A stretch of 64,000 nt of DNA from Anolis carolinensis. Taxonomy: Eukaryota. The stretch lies in the NCBI RefSeq assembly GCF_035594765.1, contig NW_026943825.1, positions 8,981,802 to 9,045,801 of the forward strand. Reading direction: 5' to 3'. Position numbers and translations under genes: made by a program. The notes beneath the pieces were generated by a model. The model saw nothing but the letters and a program-made list of their open reading frames with translations, ran no database searches and was not told where the DNA came from. Shown in pieces: positions 63,701 to 64,000 of this stretch (positions are counted from its first letter, which is position 1; each line of letters begins with the position of its first letter).

Positions 63701-64000
63701 GCTGCTTTGGAGGTTGCCCCAGCGCAGGGACCGGACAGGTTGGGAGGTTGCAAGTGCAGATTGTGGACTCCCCCGGCCCAAGAAGGACATCAATGGAGTT
63801 GGGAGGAAGACGGCAGCAGGATCGTGTTCAGCAGAAGCATCCCACCAGGATCTTGGGATGGGACAGTCCTTAGGATTTTCTCTTCCAAAAGGCAGACGGT
63901 GATTGAGAAGACTTCCTCCCCTTTTTGCCCAAGATCCTGGTTCAAAATGTTCTCAGTAATCACAACTGGGCTAGAGAGAGGGCTCGTGACCTATCTCCGT

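Noticed and set aside
63560-64000. Possible HCN3 exon 2
   Set aside because: No frame resembling the expected FYWD... S1 segment; exon 2 probably lies beyond the window

Overview
Vertebrate genomic DNA, almost certainly a squamate reptile and probably Anolis. The repeat landscape includes Sauria SINEs, BovB, L2, R4/Dong, Penelope, Helitron and Tc1/hAT MITEs. The window covers the SCAMP3-CLK2-HCN3 locus (syntenic with human 1q22): SCAMP3 coding exons 1-6 (minus; 3' end lies beyond the left edge), complete CLK2 (minus; 12 coding exons, about 501 aa) and HCN3 exon 1 (plus). The main discovery is a three-coding-exon minus-strand gene between SCAMP3 and CLK2 (22584-26610) that the ORF track does not show as a unit. 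It splices into an intact 144-aa complexin of the CPLX3/4 (CAAX) class, with a conserved SNARE-binding central helix and C-terminal CPVM but a strongly remodelled N-terminus and accessory helix. Human has no complexin at this position, so it looks like a separate complexin ohnolog lost in that lineage. CLK2 intron 6 holds a very young intact Gypsy (Tf1/sushi-like) element whose sequence shows a self-priming structure and a predicted pol-excising splice giving a Gag-only mRNA. All exon boundaries were read by eye and checked for GT-AG and phase consistency; no database searches were run.
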